UHGV virus genome: UHGV-0279745
Origin: a virus
DNA: 64,000 nt
Strand: one strand, 5' to 3'
The stretch's first letter is position 1, and the number at the start of each line of letters is the position of its first letter. Under the pieces are notes generated by a model. That model saw only the letters and a list, made by a program, of their open reading frames with translations, was not told the DNA's origin and did no database searches. Both the position numbers and the translations under genes were made by a program. Shown piece by piece: positions 1-8,492 of the stretch.

Positions 1-180
1 TAGGTTATCTGTTGCACCAGATGTTTCATGTGTCTTTTCAGTTGCTGAAGAAACAGATTGCACCACAGTAGGGTTAGCAAAGTTGGTTTCAATTGGTATC
101 ACTTTTACCCGATCTGTACCACGGGGTTTGTCTTCCGCGACGATACCAATTGAGAAAAAATCAACACTGGATTTCTCCAT
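1..180 (-). CDS. hypothetical protein, 5' part only (continues past window start)
   Basis: ATG at 180..178 on minus strand with AAGGA about 9 nt upstream; 60 codons open to the window edge (MEKSSVDFFSIGIV...). Confidence 0.35.
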   Translation of the reverse strand, partial: MEKSSVDFFSIGIVAEDKPRGTDRVKVIPIETNFANPTVVQSVSSATEKTHETSGATDNL

Positions 181-210
181 CGGGACGTTCCTTAGATCGG
201 AATTGATTTC

Positions 211-231
211 AGATATATATTACTTAAGTGA
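211..231 (+). promoter_or_regulatory. candidate early-type phage promoter element, copy 1 (agatatatattacttaagtga)
   Basis: One of three near-identical AT-rich motifs in the window; followed by a 10-bp-stem hairpin at 234..260. Confidence 0.4.
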
Positions 232-313
232 ATAGGGGCTGAACTGGCACTTCAGCCCCTACGGACACGTTTCATTCGAAACGGATTGATTAAACCATTT
301 GGGGAGACAGATC

Positions 314-457
314 ATGTCTACTAAAAAGAAAGAAAGTCTCAATGAGCTGCTCAAACGGCTTAAAGACTACACTCCATTTAGTACCTGTTATCGGAAGGTA
401 CTAAAATTTTACAGTCTGCCCCTTTATTCTGCTACTCGGGATACCGGTAGGGGGTAG
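314..457 (+). CDS. small lysine-rich hypothetical protein (47 aa)
   Basis: ATG with GGAGA about 6 nt upstream; not in ORF track (under 60 aa); lies in the long leader downstream of promoter copy 1. Confidence 0.25.
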   Translation: MSTKKKESLNELLKRLKDYTPFSTCYRKVLKFYSLPLYSATRDTGRG

Positions 458-601
458 GGGGCATTATGTATACGGATATAAATAGCGGAGGTATACGTAG
501 TATACCGACATACTCTTCCCAGAGGAACGTAGTGACTTCCTTATACCTCTTTTACAATCCATAATAATAGACTCCCCTTTATTGAGATTAGCGAGTAAAT
601 C

Positions 602-1336
602 ATGAGAGAATTATTAGACGATATCTTTACTAACACCAATTTAGAACTTTCTTCTACGGTGGTTAATGAACTAATAGGGCAATCCCAACCTGCTAAGTTA
701 GTCTCTGCTGAAACAATTAAACCCGAAGATTATCCAGACAGTGACGTTATCGACAGCATGGTTGACGAATACACGATAAGCAGTCACGCCAACCGGTTCT
801 TCTTTGTTCTTAATACCGAAACCAGCGTCATTTTATTCTATAAATTGATCAGTGACGCCGAACTTGAAGTCGTAGCGGAACATGTTCGCCTCATTGCCAG
901 CACGCCTACCGTTTCCGATGTTACGTTTATTGGAGGAAGCAGTATGCTGACGCTATACTCTTACTTCCCACTGTTTAGACATGGGGTAGGGTTAATCAAG
1001 CATGTAGAAAACCTTCCCACTGATGTAGAATTAACGTTGCTCGGCCGGGACATCAGTCTTTATCCCTTAAAAGATAACGGTAAGTTATACGGTTTACGTA
1101 TCTATGTTTCTTGGTTAGAGGGATACCGCGTTATTGAACTGATTGCATCAGGCTTAACAAAACAAATCCCAGAGGCGGAAACGATTTCTAAAGCCACTCA
1201 CCTAGTTGAGATTAATCCAGACGATCCGTTTTTACAGTATCACACAGAAAATTCCCTTCGTGGTGTCGCTGCCGTAAAAGGGTGGAGTTGTGCTGAGATT
1301 ACGAAGGGCTATCTGCTGCTAATTAAAACCGCGTAA
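602..1336 (+). CDS. hypothetical protein, tandem paralog family A member 1
   Basis: ORF track; shares N-terminal LDDIF motif with 3166 ORF and the C-terminal GW..G..LL motif of the family. Confidence 0.6.
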   Translation: MRELLDDIFTNTNLELSSTVVNELIGQSQPAKLVSAETIKPEDYPDSDVIDSMVDEYTISSHANRFFFVLNTETSVILFYKLISDAELEVVAEHVRLIASTPTVSDVTFIGGSSMLTLYSYFPLFRHGVGLIKHVENLPTDVELTLLGRDISLYPLKDNGKLYGLRIYVSWLEGYRVIELIASGLTKQIPEAETISKATHLVEINPDDPFLQYHTENSLRGVAAVKGWSCAEITKGYLLLIKTA

Positions 1337-1362
1337 GTAAAAACCTAAAAGGAGAATATATC

Positions 1363-1917
1363 ATGTATCTGACTAAACTGAAAAATGAAATTATCCAATC
1401 CCTTGAAAAAGGTGTAGGTGAACATTTCTTTAACTGTCCCTATACCGTACTGACCAATACCATTATTCAGCCAGGTGCGATGATAGTAGGGGTGAGTGTA
1501 CAAGCTGTGGAGGAAACCCCGCTGCGTCGCAACATCACGCGTAAAACGCATATCCCATTTAGAACGGGCTTTACAGATTACCTTCAGAGCTTACTGAAAG
1601 ATAGCGTTTGGAAAACAGGCAGCTTCTTCCACGATGGGAAGACTTCCACGCTGGTTTATAAAGAGAACACCAAGTATCTGGTTGATTTTCTCTTAGCGCG
1701 TCAATACGATTTCTTTCCATCCCCTTCTGGCACCACCCCTGATAATCCAGGTAAGTTATTAAACCAAGACGAAGCCGAAGCACTCTTTACAAGACTTCGG
1801 AATGAGCACTGCGATGTTGATGACTGGGAAACGTTGATCGCTGTCGCCAAAGTACATGGTTGGTATACTGTACGTAAAATCGGTCAGCAGTTGTTGTTCT
1901 TAGCTTACCCTGCTTAA
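1363..1917 (+). CDS. hypothetical protein, paralog family A member 2
   Basis: ORF track; strong RBS (ctaaaaggag); C-terminal HGWYTVRKIGQQLLFLA motif. Confidence 0.65.
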   Translation: MYLTKLKNEIIQSLEKGVGEHFFNCPYTVLTNTIIQPGAMIVGVSVQAVEETPLRRNITRKTHIPFRTGFTDYLQSLLKDSVWKTGSFFHDGKTSTLVYKENTKYLVDFLLARQYDFFPSPSGTTPDNPGKLLNQDEAEALFTRLRNEHCDVDDWETLIAVAKVHGWYTVRKIGQQLLFLAYPA

Positions 1918-1946
1918 GTAACGAAAAACCCTAAAGGAGAGTAAAA

Positions 1947-3098
1947 ATGCGAAATATTATTTCTAAGCCAGGACATGCCAAGATCCTAAAAGAACTGATG
2001 GACAGATGCTATAATCGGACTTGGTCACTACCAAGCTTAACCATCGAGTCTTCATTACAACGTGAGTTGTTTGGTTATAACTTGGGCTGTTGTGTACTTA
2101 GTGAATACAACCAGGTTATCGCGCCTGTCGATGTCTGTACTTCCGATGAAGAAATTGAAGGTTACCAGTTCACAGCTTACACAAATTGTGGACTAAATTA
2201 CCGTAAACTCGTTGTTAGGGAAATGAGTAGCAACCGGAAGATTATGTTTAAGGTCTTCCCAAGTGGTAAAGTCAGTAATTTATGTTTTCAGCTTGAGAAA
2301 GTGCCCTTTCACGGTGCAGCCATTTTAACTAAACCAGAACTCCTGTTATTAAGCGGGTTAATTGGCTTTGAAGTAAAAACCATCAAAGTTGAGCAGGAAC
2401 TTACACGAAACGATTTCGGCTCAACTTGGTACGAAAGTTTCTTCCGCTACGAAATGTTAAGTGATAAAGCTATCAAACTCACTTACCGTTCTACCGACGA
2501 CATCGTTTACCACATTTTAATTAGCGGCGAACCCCACCAGATTATTGAAGTCGGAGGAGAAAAATCCGTGCGTACCTTAAAAGATGAATTAACTGATTTT
2601 GTTAACAAAATTGATAACGTGGGTATCAGTGAATTATTGTTCCCGATTCAACATCCAGAGCTGCTTGACGAGAAATCTGAAAACGTGGTTATGGGTGTGC
2701 ATTTACTTCCTGACCATCTTGCTATCTACCGTACACTTTCTAAGAATCAACTTAAAGTGTGGTGCCTGTTAAAAGACCTTTTAACAGAGGCGGGGTGGTC
2801 GTGTAGTGTAGATGTTAACTGTGAAGGAGTTGCGTTCTTCATCACAATAGGCAATCGTAGTTTTTCTGTCGATTTACCTACTCGCAGCTATTACAATTTC
2901 TTCCCGACCGCAGAAGGACGTACTGAAAAAGAACCCGCATTACTGCTCAGTGCTGAGGAGTCCAATGCGTTAATGGCGAAACTAAAGGCGAAAGACGAGA
3001 AGCTGGATGCTTTACATCTACCTATAATCGGGAAAGACTACGGTTGGGCTGACGTGCAAAAATACGGCAGTCAGCTGTTGTTTGTTGCTGACCTTTAA
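1947..3098 (+). CDS. hypothetical protein, paralog family A member 3
   Basis: ORF track; RBS ctaaaggag; C-terminal GWADVQKYGSQLLFVA motif. Confidence 0.65.
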   Translation: MRNIISKPGHAKILKELMDRCYNRTWSLPSLTIESSLQRELFGYNLGCCVLSEYNQVIAPVDVCTSDEEIEGYQFTAYTNCGLNYRKLVVREMSSNRKIMFKVFPSGKVSNLCFQLEKVPFHGAAILTKPELLLLSGLIGFEVKTIKVEQELTRNDFGSTWYESFFRYEMLSDKAIKLTYRSTDDIVYHILISGEPHQIIEVGGEKSVRTLKDELTDFVNKIDNVGISELLFPIQHPELLDEKSENVVMGVHLLPDHLAIYRTLSKNQLKVWCLLKDLLTEAGWSCSVDVNCEGVAFFITIGNRSFSVDLPTRSYYNFFPTAEGRTEKEPALLLSAEESNALMAKLKAKDEKLDALHLPIIGKDYGWADVQKYGSQLLFVADL

Positions 3099-3123
3099 TA
3101 AGTGAAACTACACTTTCTCTAAC

Positions 3124-3150
3124 TGCCGCGCTTTAGTCGCGGCTTTTGTT
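3124..3150 (+). terminator. putative intrinsic terminator
   Basis: gccgcg-loop-cgcggc hairpin followed by ttttgtt. Confidence 0.5.
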
Positions 3151-3165
3151 AAGAAGGAAATAGAA

Positions 3166-3939
3166 ATGAAAGTCCATTTAGACGACATCTTTAAAACCGA
3201 ACCGTATATGATCGAAGGTTCGCTAACATCACTACTATTTGCCGATAGATTAGATCGTACGCTGCAATTACAATCGGTCGAATCTGCACCCGTTGATGAT
3301 GTAGAGCGTTACGAGCGCATCAATCATACGCGGGGTGAGTATCGTCGCTATAAGCCAAATTCACTAAGCATCAAGCTCTGGCAAGTGAGCACAGGTAAAG
3401 TATTAACTTATCGCGCTGTCGGTAGTTATTACATTCAACAAGCCAAAGAATGGCTAGAGAAAGTTAAAGAACTGAACTTCGATCTACTGAGCAAAAAACT
3501 GCGCGATCATAACGCCAGTTTGCCGATACGTAATTATTTCTCCACGATTGAAAATAGTCGATGCTTCGTTTCACGTGAAACCACGATATTACCTGGGGCT
3601 GATGTTCAGACGACACTAAAAGATGTGGTTGTGAAGAAAATCTTTCATGAATCTGAACACGTTGGATTTCGTATCTATTTAACGCACAAGAGACCATTTA
3701 CCGTGATTCACGTTGTTACCGCACCCGAAGGCTCAGCGGTTATTCGAGAACTTCCTGATGCTCGAGACCGTTGCCCTAATGAGCCGCTTTATTTAATGTC
3801 AGGAACAAAATCAACCGCGTTGATGTCCCGTTACAGCATGTTAGATGTTGTTGACGCTGCTATGAAACTGGGTTGGAAAGAAGTGCAGCAACATGGTAAA
3901 CAATTGCTGTTTATTGCCGATGTAAAACTTAATCAATAG
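3166..3939 (+). CDS. hypothetical protein, paralog family A member 4
   Basis: ORF track; N-terminal LDDIF and C-terminal LGWKEVQQHGKQLLFIA motifs. Confidence 0.65.
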   Translation: MKVHLDDIFKTEPYMIEGSLTSLLFADRLDRTLQLQSVESAPVDDVERYERINHTRGEYRRYKPNSLSIKLWQVSTGKVLTYRAVGSYYIQQAKEWLEKVKELNFDLLSKKLRDHNASLPIRNYFSTIENSRCFVSRETTILPGADVQTTLKDVVVKKIFHESEHVGFRIYLTHKRPFTVIHVVTAPEGSAVIRELPDARDRCPNEPLYLMSGTKSTALMSRYSMLDVVDAAMKLGWKEVQQHGKQLLFIADVKLNQ

Positions 3940-3951
3940 TGAGGTGGTACC

Positions 3952-4530
3952 GTGTACCGATTAATAGAAATGCGAAAAGACGTTTGGTTGGAAAACCTCG
4001 TCGATGGGGAGCTTGAGGGAATAGAGCTTTCCTTACCAGAAAGAGCGGACACGGTATTGGTCTTTCTGATAAAACAGGCAGCGAAGGAACCGGTAGGAAT
4101 CTTCAGCGTGGACTATAAAGACCCACGAGGGATTCATTTACGGAACATTTGCAGTGGTTTGGAAAGCTTACCGGCTAATCCGTTCTTAAACTACGCAAAA
4201 CGTAAACTCCAGCCAGGGCAACATCTCTGGGTAGTTCTAGCGCCTGATACACGCATTATACGTGACGACCTGACTGCGTTTGTCCAAGCAACGAAAGTCA
4301 GTTTGTACAATCCTAATGCGGATCGTACCGATATGCCGTTTACAATCACCTTAGAAGACGATGGAACGCAAGAGGGTATTGAGGCAATTACGGAATTAGT
4401 AAACTCTTATCCGGTAGCGTCTATTGAGTTAGAAAACCCAAACCGATTACCGTTGGGTGATTTACTCGAATGGATTGAGCTGAATACCGAGTTCCTCATT
4501 AACTCCCGGCAGTACCGGTTCGATGTATAA
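3952..4530 (+). CDS. hypothetical protein
   Basis: ORF track; GTG start with GAGGTGG RBS. Confidence 0.55.
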   Translation: MYRLIEMRKDVWLENLVDGELEGIELSLPERADTVLVFLIKQAAKEPVGIFSVDYKDPRGIHLRNICSGLESLPANPFLNYAKRKLQPGQHLWVVLAPDTRIIRDDLTAFVQATKVSLYNPNADRTDMPFTITLEDDGTQEGIEAITELVNSYPVASIELENPNRLPLGDLLEWIELNTEFLINSRQYRFDV

Positions 4531-4532
4531 CA

Positions 4533-4570
4533 TCGGTGGGGGTAAACCCCCCACCTTTTATTTTTTTGTT
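4533..4570 (+). terminator. intrinsic terminator
   Basis: ggtggggg-taaa-cccccacc hairpin followed by a long T-run. Confidence 0.7.
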
Positions 4571-4592
4571 CGTTAATATTAAAAATAATTTC

Positions 4593-4614
4593 AGATATAT
4601 ATTACCTAGGTGAG
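4593..4614 (+). promoter_or_regulatory. candidate early-type phage promoter element, copy 2 (agatatatattacctaggtgag)
   Basis: Contains TATATTAC; lies between a terminator and the next gene; followed by a gtgagag/ctctcac hairpin (4610..4631). Confidence 0.45.
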
Positions 4615-4660
4615 AGTACAAAAGCTCTCACTTAATAAAACCATTTTAGGAGTATTAAAG

Positions 4661-5032
4661 ATGAAAAACGAATTATTTAAAGACCCGTTTGTTGTATTAA
4701 TGATCGTTACTCGCGCTGCCACTAACCCAGAAAACCTGAAACGTTTACTTACTAACGAAGCATACCTTATCGAACAGCGTGACGCGCAGTTAGCCAAACC
4801 GCACGCTGAAGGCCAGGCGAAAGACCTTATCTCTATTTTCCGTAACGAAGAATGGCGTAAAAACAACGAGCTGTCCGACAACTTGACGGTTGCAATTGCA
4901 AAACTCTTGACACTGTTCAATCTCGACAAAGACATTAACCAAAGCCTTTCTACAGAAGAACGTCTGGAAATGATAAGAGGTATCGGAGATAGTTATACAC
5001 AGATTAAAGCATTCCCCAACACAGTTATTTAA
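4661..5032 (+). CDS. hypothetical early protein, dispersed paralog of the 62129 gene
   Basis: ATG at 4661 with extended RBS ttaggagtattaaag; N-terminus MKNELFKDPFVVLMI identical to the 62129 ORF; first 44 coding nt identical. Confidence 0.7.
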   Translation: MKNELFKDPFVVLMIVTRAATNPENLKRLLTNEAYLIEQRDAQLAKPHAEGQAKDLISIFRNEEWRKNNELSDNLTVAIAKLLTLFNLDKDINQSLSTEERLEMIRGIGDSYTQIKAFPNTVI

Positions 5033-5078
5033 TTTCATAATTTGTGGGAATTTCCCCATAACCCGAAGGAGCATTTCA

Positions 5079-5540
5079 ATGAAAACCTTTATCACATTCT
5101 TAATAACCATTTTAACTTTCGGCCTCAATAGCGCACACGCCGCTATCAACAGCTGGGAACAAATACAAAACCCTGGGCAGGCAGTTTACGAAATCGAGGA
5201 CACCGCCGGAAACGGACTGTCTATCAACTGTGACACAGAAACTGCGAATCGCAAATTTTACGGTCGCATGGTTTGGTATTACGGTGAACCCGTAGGTGCA
5301 ACTAACGCGGAAGATAACACGATGGATATTGTCGTAAACGGCAAAACCTATAACATCCCTACCGTGGACGGTAGTGACAAAGCAGAACACGCTTGGGTTG
5401 CTTTCGTTAAAGCTATCGGTAATGCCAAAACTTTCAGTGTGAGTATCAATGGTAACGATGCCGCTAACTTTACCGTAGAAGGCGAACGTCTGTCTGAAAC
5501 TTTCTTCCAAAACTGTGGACACACCCGTCCTAACAAATAA
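5079..5540 (+). CDS. small secreted protein (predicted signal peptide)
   Basis: ORF track; hydrophobic N-terminus ending AHA; Cys residues. Confidence 0.65.
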   Translation: MKTFITFLITILTFGLNSAHAAINSWEQIQNPGQAVYEIEDTAGNGLSINCDTETANRKFYGRMVWYYGEPVGATNAEDNTMDIVVNGKTYNIPTVDGSDKAEHAWVAFVKAIGNAKTFSVSINGNDAANFTVEGERLSETFFQNCGHTRPNK

Positions 5541-5568
5541 CTATTAGTCTTTTTTAGAGTGCGTGAAA

Positions 5569-5955
5569 ATGAATATCAGAACTATACTTTATACCATCAT
5601 TATTTTCTGTGCGGTCGGAATTACTGGCACTTATGCTTTCGGTGATTCAGATGTCCGTTATTACGAACCGGCTCCTGACTCACCGATTATCAACCCGGAT
5701 GAGACGCCTACGTTAATGCGCAGTTTCGGTAAACTACAAGTTTATCGTTTAGTGCGTGGTGAAACGTGTACGGGATTACTCATTGCTGACACCCGTGCAC
5801 AAGTCTACCAACGTCTGACGGATATCGCCTGCGAACAACCAAAAGTCATGTCAGTTAGTATCCATCCGCTATCAGTTGGTAACTATACCGCTGTGGACTT
5901 CTTTCACAACGCCGAATTAATCGGACGTGTTACCTTAAATCGCCCTGCTGAATAA
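5569..5955 (+). CDS. small exported or membrane protein
   Basis: ORF track (5563 GTG alternative start); hydrophobic N-terminal segment. Confidence 0.5.
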   Translation: MNIRTILYTIIIFCAVGITGTYAFGDSDVRYYEPAPDSPIINPDETPTLMRSFGKLQVYRLVRGETCTGLLIADTRAQVYQRLTDIACEQPKVMSVSIHPLSVGNYTAVDFFHNAELIGRVTLNRPAE

Positions 5956-5973
5956 TCTAAAGGAGTAGTTATA

Positions 5974-6459
5974 ATGAAACGTTTACACACATTGATGTTC
6001 TTTCTGGTTTTCTTGTTTATCGGTGTCACGCCAACTGTAGATGCGGCCTCCGTAGACGAATTGCTTACCTGCGATGGAAACGCTTGGGAAGGTCAGCCAA
6101 ATGCGTGCCCAAACATCAACGACTTGTACGATACCGATAAGTCGTTTAAAGCCGTTGTTGATAAAACATTAGACCCTGTGGGACTGGATGGTATGTTCGG
6201 CTCTAAAGGTTACATGGATGGCCCTGGTGGTAACATGTATCCGGTAAACATCAACAACAAAATCTGGATTGAAAGTGGCGGTTGTAAAGCTAACGCTTGT
6301 GGTTGGGAATACATCGTAACGCTATACAACCCACACACCAAGAAACTCGTCGGCTATTACTACAACATCGACCCCGGTTATCTGATTTGGTTCGGTGATA
6401 TCGGTGTTGCCGAATTCGCTTACCTGGTTAAGAAATACGTAGAACAATCTAAATACTAA
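5974..6459 (+). CDS. small secreted cysteine-containing protein
   Basis: ORF track; signal peptide ending VDA; strong RBS ctaaaggag; multiple Cys. Confidence 0.65.
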   Translation: MKRLHTLMFFLVFLFIGVTPTVDAASVDELLTCDGNAWEGQPNACPNINDLYDTDKSFKAVVDKTLDPVGLDGMFGSKGYMDGPGGNMYPVNINNKIWIESGGCKANACGWEYIVTLYNPHTKKLVGYYYNIDPGYLIWFGDIGVAEFAYLVKKYVEQSKY

Positions 6460-6470
6460 GGACTTTTATC

Positions 6471-6881
6471 ATGAAAACTATCATCAATACTCTTCTCATT
6501 GCAATGGCTGTTCTGTTCTCTGTCAACGCTACAGCAAAAACAATACAGTTGCCAGACAATATTAAGTACGTCAATAGTACCGATGATTTCTATTGTACGG
6601 AAATTGACGGGTTGTACTGCCAGGCGAAAAGCCTGTTTAAATACAAAGGTAGCAGATACGTATTCATCGTTGAGCAAGGTGGTGCCTGGTGCTACGACAG
6701 CCCAATGTCCGTACTCAACCTCGAAACGTGGAAGGCTCAGCGTCTCGAATACAACGACAAACGTCTGTGCTCTGGTAATAACAAACCATTCTTCGAAGTC
6801 GTAGATGGTGTGCCAATGGTAGGGATATTAGACACTTCGGAAAAACCTATCGTTGTAGCTATGGATAAACTTAAAATTTAA
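6471..6881 (+). CDS. small secreted cysteine-containing protein
   Basis: ORF track; signal peptide ending ATA; 5 Cys. Confidence 0.65.
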   Translation: MKTIINTLLIAMAVLFSVNATAKTIQLPDNIKYVNSTDDFYCTEIDGLYCQAKSLFKYKGSRYVFIVEQGGAWCYDSPMSVLNLETWKAQRLEYNDKRLCSGNNKPFFEVVDGVPMVGILDTSEKPIVVAMDKLKI

Positions 6882-6891
6882 GGAGTAACTC

Positions 6892-7281
6892 ATGCGTCTC
6901 GTCTGCGTTTTAGCATTCTTCTTCTCCCTGAGTGTAGCAGCATCTACTCAAGTTAACGATTTACTGCTAACCCCAAACAACAATACCGATTACCAGTACA
7001 ATCCTCCGGGGTTTGAAGTTTGTGAAGTCGGTGAAACAATCTGCCAAGAAGTCGGCGCAGACGGGCGCTATATTCTGGTAAAAGCTGATGGTGGCACAAT
7101 GTGTCCCGCAGGTTATTACTTTCTGCTCGATTCCGTCGCAAGAGAGGTTCTTCCTATCACCACGAAAACGTGCGACCCTACCGTTGTCTTAACTCTCGCT
7201 AAAAGCAAATCTCGCGACCGTTATCTGATCGTTATCGAAGAACGGGGCAAGATGGCTGGTGCTATCGAATTAGATCATTGA
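6892..7281 (+). CDS. small secreted cysteine-containing protein
   Basis: ORF track; signal peptide ending AAS; 4 Cys. Confidence 0.65.
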   Translation: MRLVCVLAFFFSLSVAASTQVNDLLLTPNNNTDYQYNPPGFEVCEVGETICQEVGADGRYILVKADGGTMCPAGYYFLLDSVAREVLPITTKTCDPTVVLTLAKSKSRDRYLIVIEERGKMAGAIELDH

Positions 7282-7289
7282 GTGTAGTC

Positions 7290-7320
7290 TTGGCCCCGAT
7301 ACGTTCGGGGTCCTTTTTAC
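7290..7320 (+). terminator. intrinsic terminator
   Basis: ggccccga/tcggggtcc hairpin plus T-run. Confidence 0.6.
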
Positions 7321-7347
7321 GACATGTTTACCTAAAGGAGTATTAAA

Positions 7348-7824
7348 ATGCAATTATCTAACGTTTACCAAGCTGCGCAATTTCATCATGACCTGTCGGC
7401 TAAACCTGAACAAATTCGCCACAACTTAACGGTGGCCTGGAAACTGCTGCGTATCGCCGAAGCCTCGCGCCTTAACGATCAGTCGACGATTATCGAAACG
7501 GTGCGCACACTACATCCAGTCGACCTGGAAACAATCTGGACCTTTGATTTAACCCGAATTTATCACCGTCGTTTTAATGCGGCAGTTGATGCGATCCGTC
7601 CTTACTTTCACCACCTGCGGACAACACGCGAAAATGACACTGCACTTGAATGGGTATTGGTACAAAGCGTATGGAGCGACTACATTTATCTCCTTTCTTT
7701 AGAGACGGGTGAATGTATCGTTGCTAACGAAGTTTTTTCAAGTAACGCAGAAATGTATCGTTCCTTCGCGACGATTAAAGGTGAAACACAACCTATTTTA
7801 TCACTCACGCACTTAGGGCTGTAA
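7348..7824 (+). CDS. hypothetical protein
   Basis: ORF track; RBS cctaaaggagtattaaaatg. Confidence 0.65.
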   Translation: MQLSNVYQAAQFHHDLSAKPEQIRHNLTVAWKLLRIAEASRLNDQSTIIETVRTLHPVDLETIWTFDLTRIYHRRFNAAVDAIRPYFHHLRTTRENDTALEWVLVQSVWSDYIYLLSLETGECIVANEVFSSNAEMYRSFATIKGETQPILSLTHLGL

Positions 7825-7827
7825 TTA

Positions 7828-7861
7828 GCCCGGCCCCGTTTACTCGGGGCTTCTTTTTTTG
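7828..7861 (+). terminator. intrinsic terminator
   Basis: gccccg/cggggc hairpin plus T8. Confidence 0.65.
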
Positions 7862-7880
7862 ATCTAAAAGGAAAGACCAG

Positions 7881-8489
7881 ATGAACGAAATTACATTAGT
7901 TCGTTTTCTTGAAGCGATGCAAAATGCAGAGCGCTTTTCGCATACGCCTTTATTCATTGACTTAATGGAAGAAGAAGTAGAGGGATTCCTGGCATACCCT
8001 CGCTTACGGGAATATTTTAAACGTAAAACACCGACTGCTTACGAAAAGTTGGTTTACGCGCTTGAGAACAGTACAACATTGTTAACGTCACCTTTTAAGG
8101 CGTTGGAGGCTTTAGACCCGGCTGGTACCACAAGTATCCCACAACGTGTCGTGTTCTACTATATCGACCACGATCGAATCAAAGCCGATGTTGTTAACTG
8201 GATCTCTGAAAACGCAGTTCCTGAAACACGCACTTTTAATCTCTGTCCTGTAGAAGAAGGGTGGAAGGTCGGTAGCCACTATTCTTACCCGTACCAATCC
8301 ATTAAATCGCCGTTTTTATACCCGGTTTATCTGGATGACGTTACACCTGGAAATTGTATCCCGGTAACAAATCTGATCTGTACATTGACGATGGAAGTCT
8401 TAGCCACAAAGGCGGGACAGGTTTGGGTAGAAAACACGAAGAACGTCGATTATTGGACTTCAATGGGTTATCACCTGTACACCAAATAA
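7881..8489 (+). CDS. hypothetical protein
   Basis: ORF track; RBS aaaggaaaga. Confidence 0.65.
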   Translation: MNEITLVRFLEAMQNAERFSHTPLFIDLMEEEVEGFLAYPRLREYFKRKTPTAYEKLVYALENSTTLLTSPFKALEALDPAGTTSIPQRVVFYYIDHDRIKADVVNWISENAVPETRTFNLCPVEEGWKVGSHYSYPYQSIKSPFLYPVYLDDVTPGNCIPVTNLICTLTMEVLATKAGQVWVENTKNVDYWTSMGYHLYTK

Positions 8490-8492
8490 CGT

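Noticed and set aside
6499-6804. 101-aa ORF in an alternative frame
   Set aside because: Lies entirely inside the 6471..6881 signal-peptide protein gene in another frame with no RBS.
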